A DNA stretch of 18,334 bases from Candidatus Heimdallarchaeota archaeon (GTDB lineage: Archaea; Asgardarchaeota; Heimdallarchaeia; JABLTI01), in the NCBI GenBank assembly GCA_030614005.1, contig JAUWKS010000063.1, positions 1 through 18,334 of the forward strand. The letters run 5' to 3'. A program made the position numbers and the translations under genes. Of the stretch, positions 16,599 through 18,334 are shown one piece after another. The number at the start of each line of letters is the position of its first letter. The first letter of the stretch is position 1. A model generated the notes under the pieces. That model had not been told where the DNA came from. It saw nothing but the letters and a program-made list of their open reading frames with translations, and made no database searches.

Positions 16599-17948
16599 AT
16601 GGTGCGAGATAACTTGACTAGTATTGATCTTCAATCTCTAATAAGTATTTTACATTTTGGTGGAGCTTTAATTGGCCAACCAACTGTAATTCCTGCAGAA
16701 GTACCTAAAACAGAACCAATATTTACTTTTCCTTTTAGTGATGAGAAAATTGATTTCCACCCAGAAAAGTCATATAAAACTCTCTATGATGTAACTAAGA
16801 ATTTACTTCTTAAGTATAAAGACAAGAAAATTGGTTTACCTTTAAGTGGAGGAATAGATTCAACGACTATTCTGTATTTGGTTCAAGATATAAACAAAAA
16901 GGAAAATCTAAACATTACTGTTAAAGCATATAACCAAGTATTTGACTTTAGAGATGAGTCAAGATTTGCTCAACAAATCGCAGATCAAACAGAAACCGAA
17001 TTAGAAATCATTCATCAAACAGCCAGTCAAAATTTAAAGGAATTTAATGAAATATTGAAAGTTTTTCCAGAACCCATTATGGGAAATGCACATATGAATA
17101 CTATTTACAAGAAAATGAAAAAGGATGGAAATATTTCTGCAATAAGTGCATTGGGTGGGGATGAATGTTGGGGAGGATATCCTAGTCATAGAATTTTTCA
17201 TGACAACCTCTTTTCAAAATACATCTATCAAGCTCAAGGAATTAGAACAAAATTACTTAGGATATTGTTTACACCAATAAGTAAACAACAATTGTGGATA
17301 AGGTATAACTTAAGATTTAATCCTAAAAAACAATTTTTAAATCCAAGAAAATATCGGAAAGCAACGAAAAAGATAGGCAATAATTTGATTAGCAATATTA
17401 AGAATTCACAGTTTGTTTGGTTTTATTACAATTATCTTGATGTTAATTCAAAATTACCTAATAATGGTAGATTTAACTTATGGGATGCAAATGAGCATTT
17501 TACATTTACAAAATGTGAAAAACTATACAAACATCAGATAAATGGTGTAGGAGTTCTTAATGGTCTAGAAATATTATTCCCATTTTTAGAACCTGGATAC
17601 GTTAAATATTCACTTGCGATAGATAAGTCAAACAAAATCAAAGATGGTATTTCGAAATGGGGCATGAGACAAATGATGAAAAATAAGCTTCCTAAAGAAA
17701 ATCTGATGAGGGGAGCATATGGCGATAAATTCGGTTGGGGTGAAACGTATCTAACACTTTGGGAGAAAGGATACAAGGATTTTGTAGAAGAAAAACTAAC
17801 TAAACAAAATGTAACCGATTTCGGAGTGCTTAATTGGAATTGGATATCGAAAACTCTTGGAAAACTCACAAAACGACACCGAGGAGCTGAAGCAAGAGTG
17901 CTAATATCTATGGCTTTCTTCCAACGAATTTTAGAATTACACAAATAA
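16599..17948 (+). CDS. Asparagine-synthetase-like ATP-dependent amide ligase lacking the glutamine amidotransferase domain
   Basis: PP-loop LSGGIDS, GGDECWGGY, FPFLE and K..MR..M...LP......K.G; only about 55 aa precede the synthetase domain and there is no N-terminal Cys. Confidence 0.82.
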   Translation: MVRDNLTSIDLQSLISILHFGGALIGQPTVIPAEVPKTEPIFTFPFSDEKIDFHPEKSYKTLYDVTKNLLLKYKDKKIGLPLSGGIDSTTILYLVQDINKKENLNITVKAYNQVFDFRDESRFAQQIADQTETELEIIHQTASQNLKEFNEILKVFPEPIMGNAHMNTIYKKMKKDGNISAISALGGDECWGGYPSHRIFHDNLFSKYIYQAQGIRTKLLRILFTPISKQQLWIRYNLRFNPKKQFLNPRKYRKATKKIGNNLISNIKNSQFVWFYYNYLDVNSKLPNNGRFNLWDANEHFTFTKCEKLYKHQINGVGVLNGLEILFPFLEPGYVKYSLAIDKSNKIKDGISKWGMRQMMKNKLPKENLMRGAYGDKFGWGETYLTLWEKGYKDFVEEKLTKQNVTDFGVLNWNWISKTLGKLTKRHRGAEARVLISMAFFQRILELHK

Positions 17949-17960
17949 CAAGAGTGAATG

Positions 17961-18334
17961 CTAATGCATAATCCTATCATATGCATCTAGCATCTTCTTT
18001 GCTTCTGTTTGCCAACTGAATTTCTTACAATATTCTCTAAATTCAGCGCCAGTTGGATAATCATCAATATTTCGCAAGATTTCTAGTAATTTTTCATAGG
18101 ATTCATCAGGATTGTACCAAATAACTTTATCACCAAAATGCTCAACAATAAGGGGTGTTCGGGTAGATATCGTTCGAAGACCAATTAATCCATAAAACAT
18201 GATGTACTTCAAAATTGGAAATGCTCAAGGTCATGGTGTTGTTCGTATATCCAATGGATATTACATTATTACTTCTGTGACATTTAAGGCGTTCTCTACC
18301 TTTCTTCCAAATACCTATTCTGCAAGGATAAAAC
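17961..18334 (-). pseudogene. Glycosyltransferase family 4 C-terminal region, degenerate or truncated at the window edge
   Basis: AFPILKYIMFYG..LRTIST and FSWQTEAKKMLDAY resemble a GT4 C-terminus; the same frame has four stops upstream (18225-27, 18231-33, 18261-63, 18315-17). Confidence 0.55.

Noticed and set aside
13326-17986. ORFs 13326-13550 (-), 14720-15031 (+) and 17534-17986 (-)
   Set aside because: Alternative-frame or antisense overlaps of fadD, wecB and the AsnB-like gene.
1-18334. Alternative genetic code, CRISPR array, tRNA/rRNA or mobile-element genes
   Set aside because: Intact genes end in TAA or TGA normally; no regularly spaced repeats, RNA-gene-like GC-rich stems, transposase or integrase ORFs were seen by eye.

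Overview
AT-rich window that reads as archaeal chromosomal DNA, most likely Asgard (Heimdall/Loki-like). That is an inference from the GGTGA/GGAG Shine-Dalgarno sites, TATA-like boxes, frequent TTG starts, an archaeal class III signal peptide, a double FtsX-type permease and a Pro-rich/Zn-ribbon membrane protein. No rRNA, tRNA, CRISPR array, transposase or integrase was seen. Gene order: 8-TM membrane protein with Pro-rich tail and Zn ribbon; PlsY-like protein; 936-aa ABC permease; PmbA C-terminal half; DUF3795-like Cys-rich protein; LigB/MEMO-family protein; glutamine synthetase C-terminal remnant; pilin-like protein; helical-repeat protein; a doubly frameshifted membrane-anchored beta-domain gene; EamA transporter; two tandem Cys-containing winged-helix proteins; acyl-CoA ligase; then the edge of a glycosylation locus (wecB, GT2, glutaminase-less AsnB-like ligase, degenerate GT4). 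The most interesting signals are four. (1) The PlsY homologue has its canonical catalytic residues replaced. (2) The tandem wHTH paralogues share a C-x28-CxxC-x3-D motif. (3) The AsnB-like ligase lacks its glutaminase domain and sits near wecB. (4) A 2.4-kb block is bounded by two genes cut at their 5' ends. Family assignments come from motif recognition by eye; no database searches were run.
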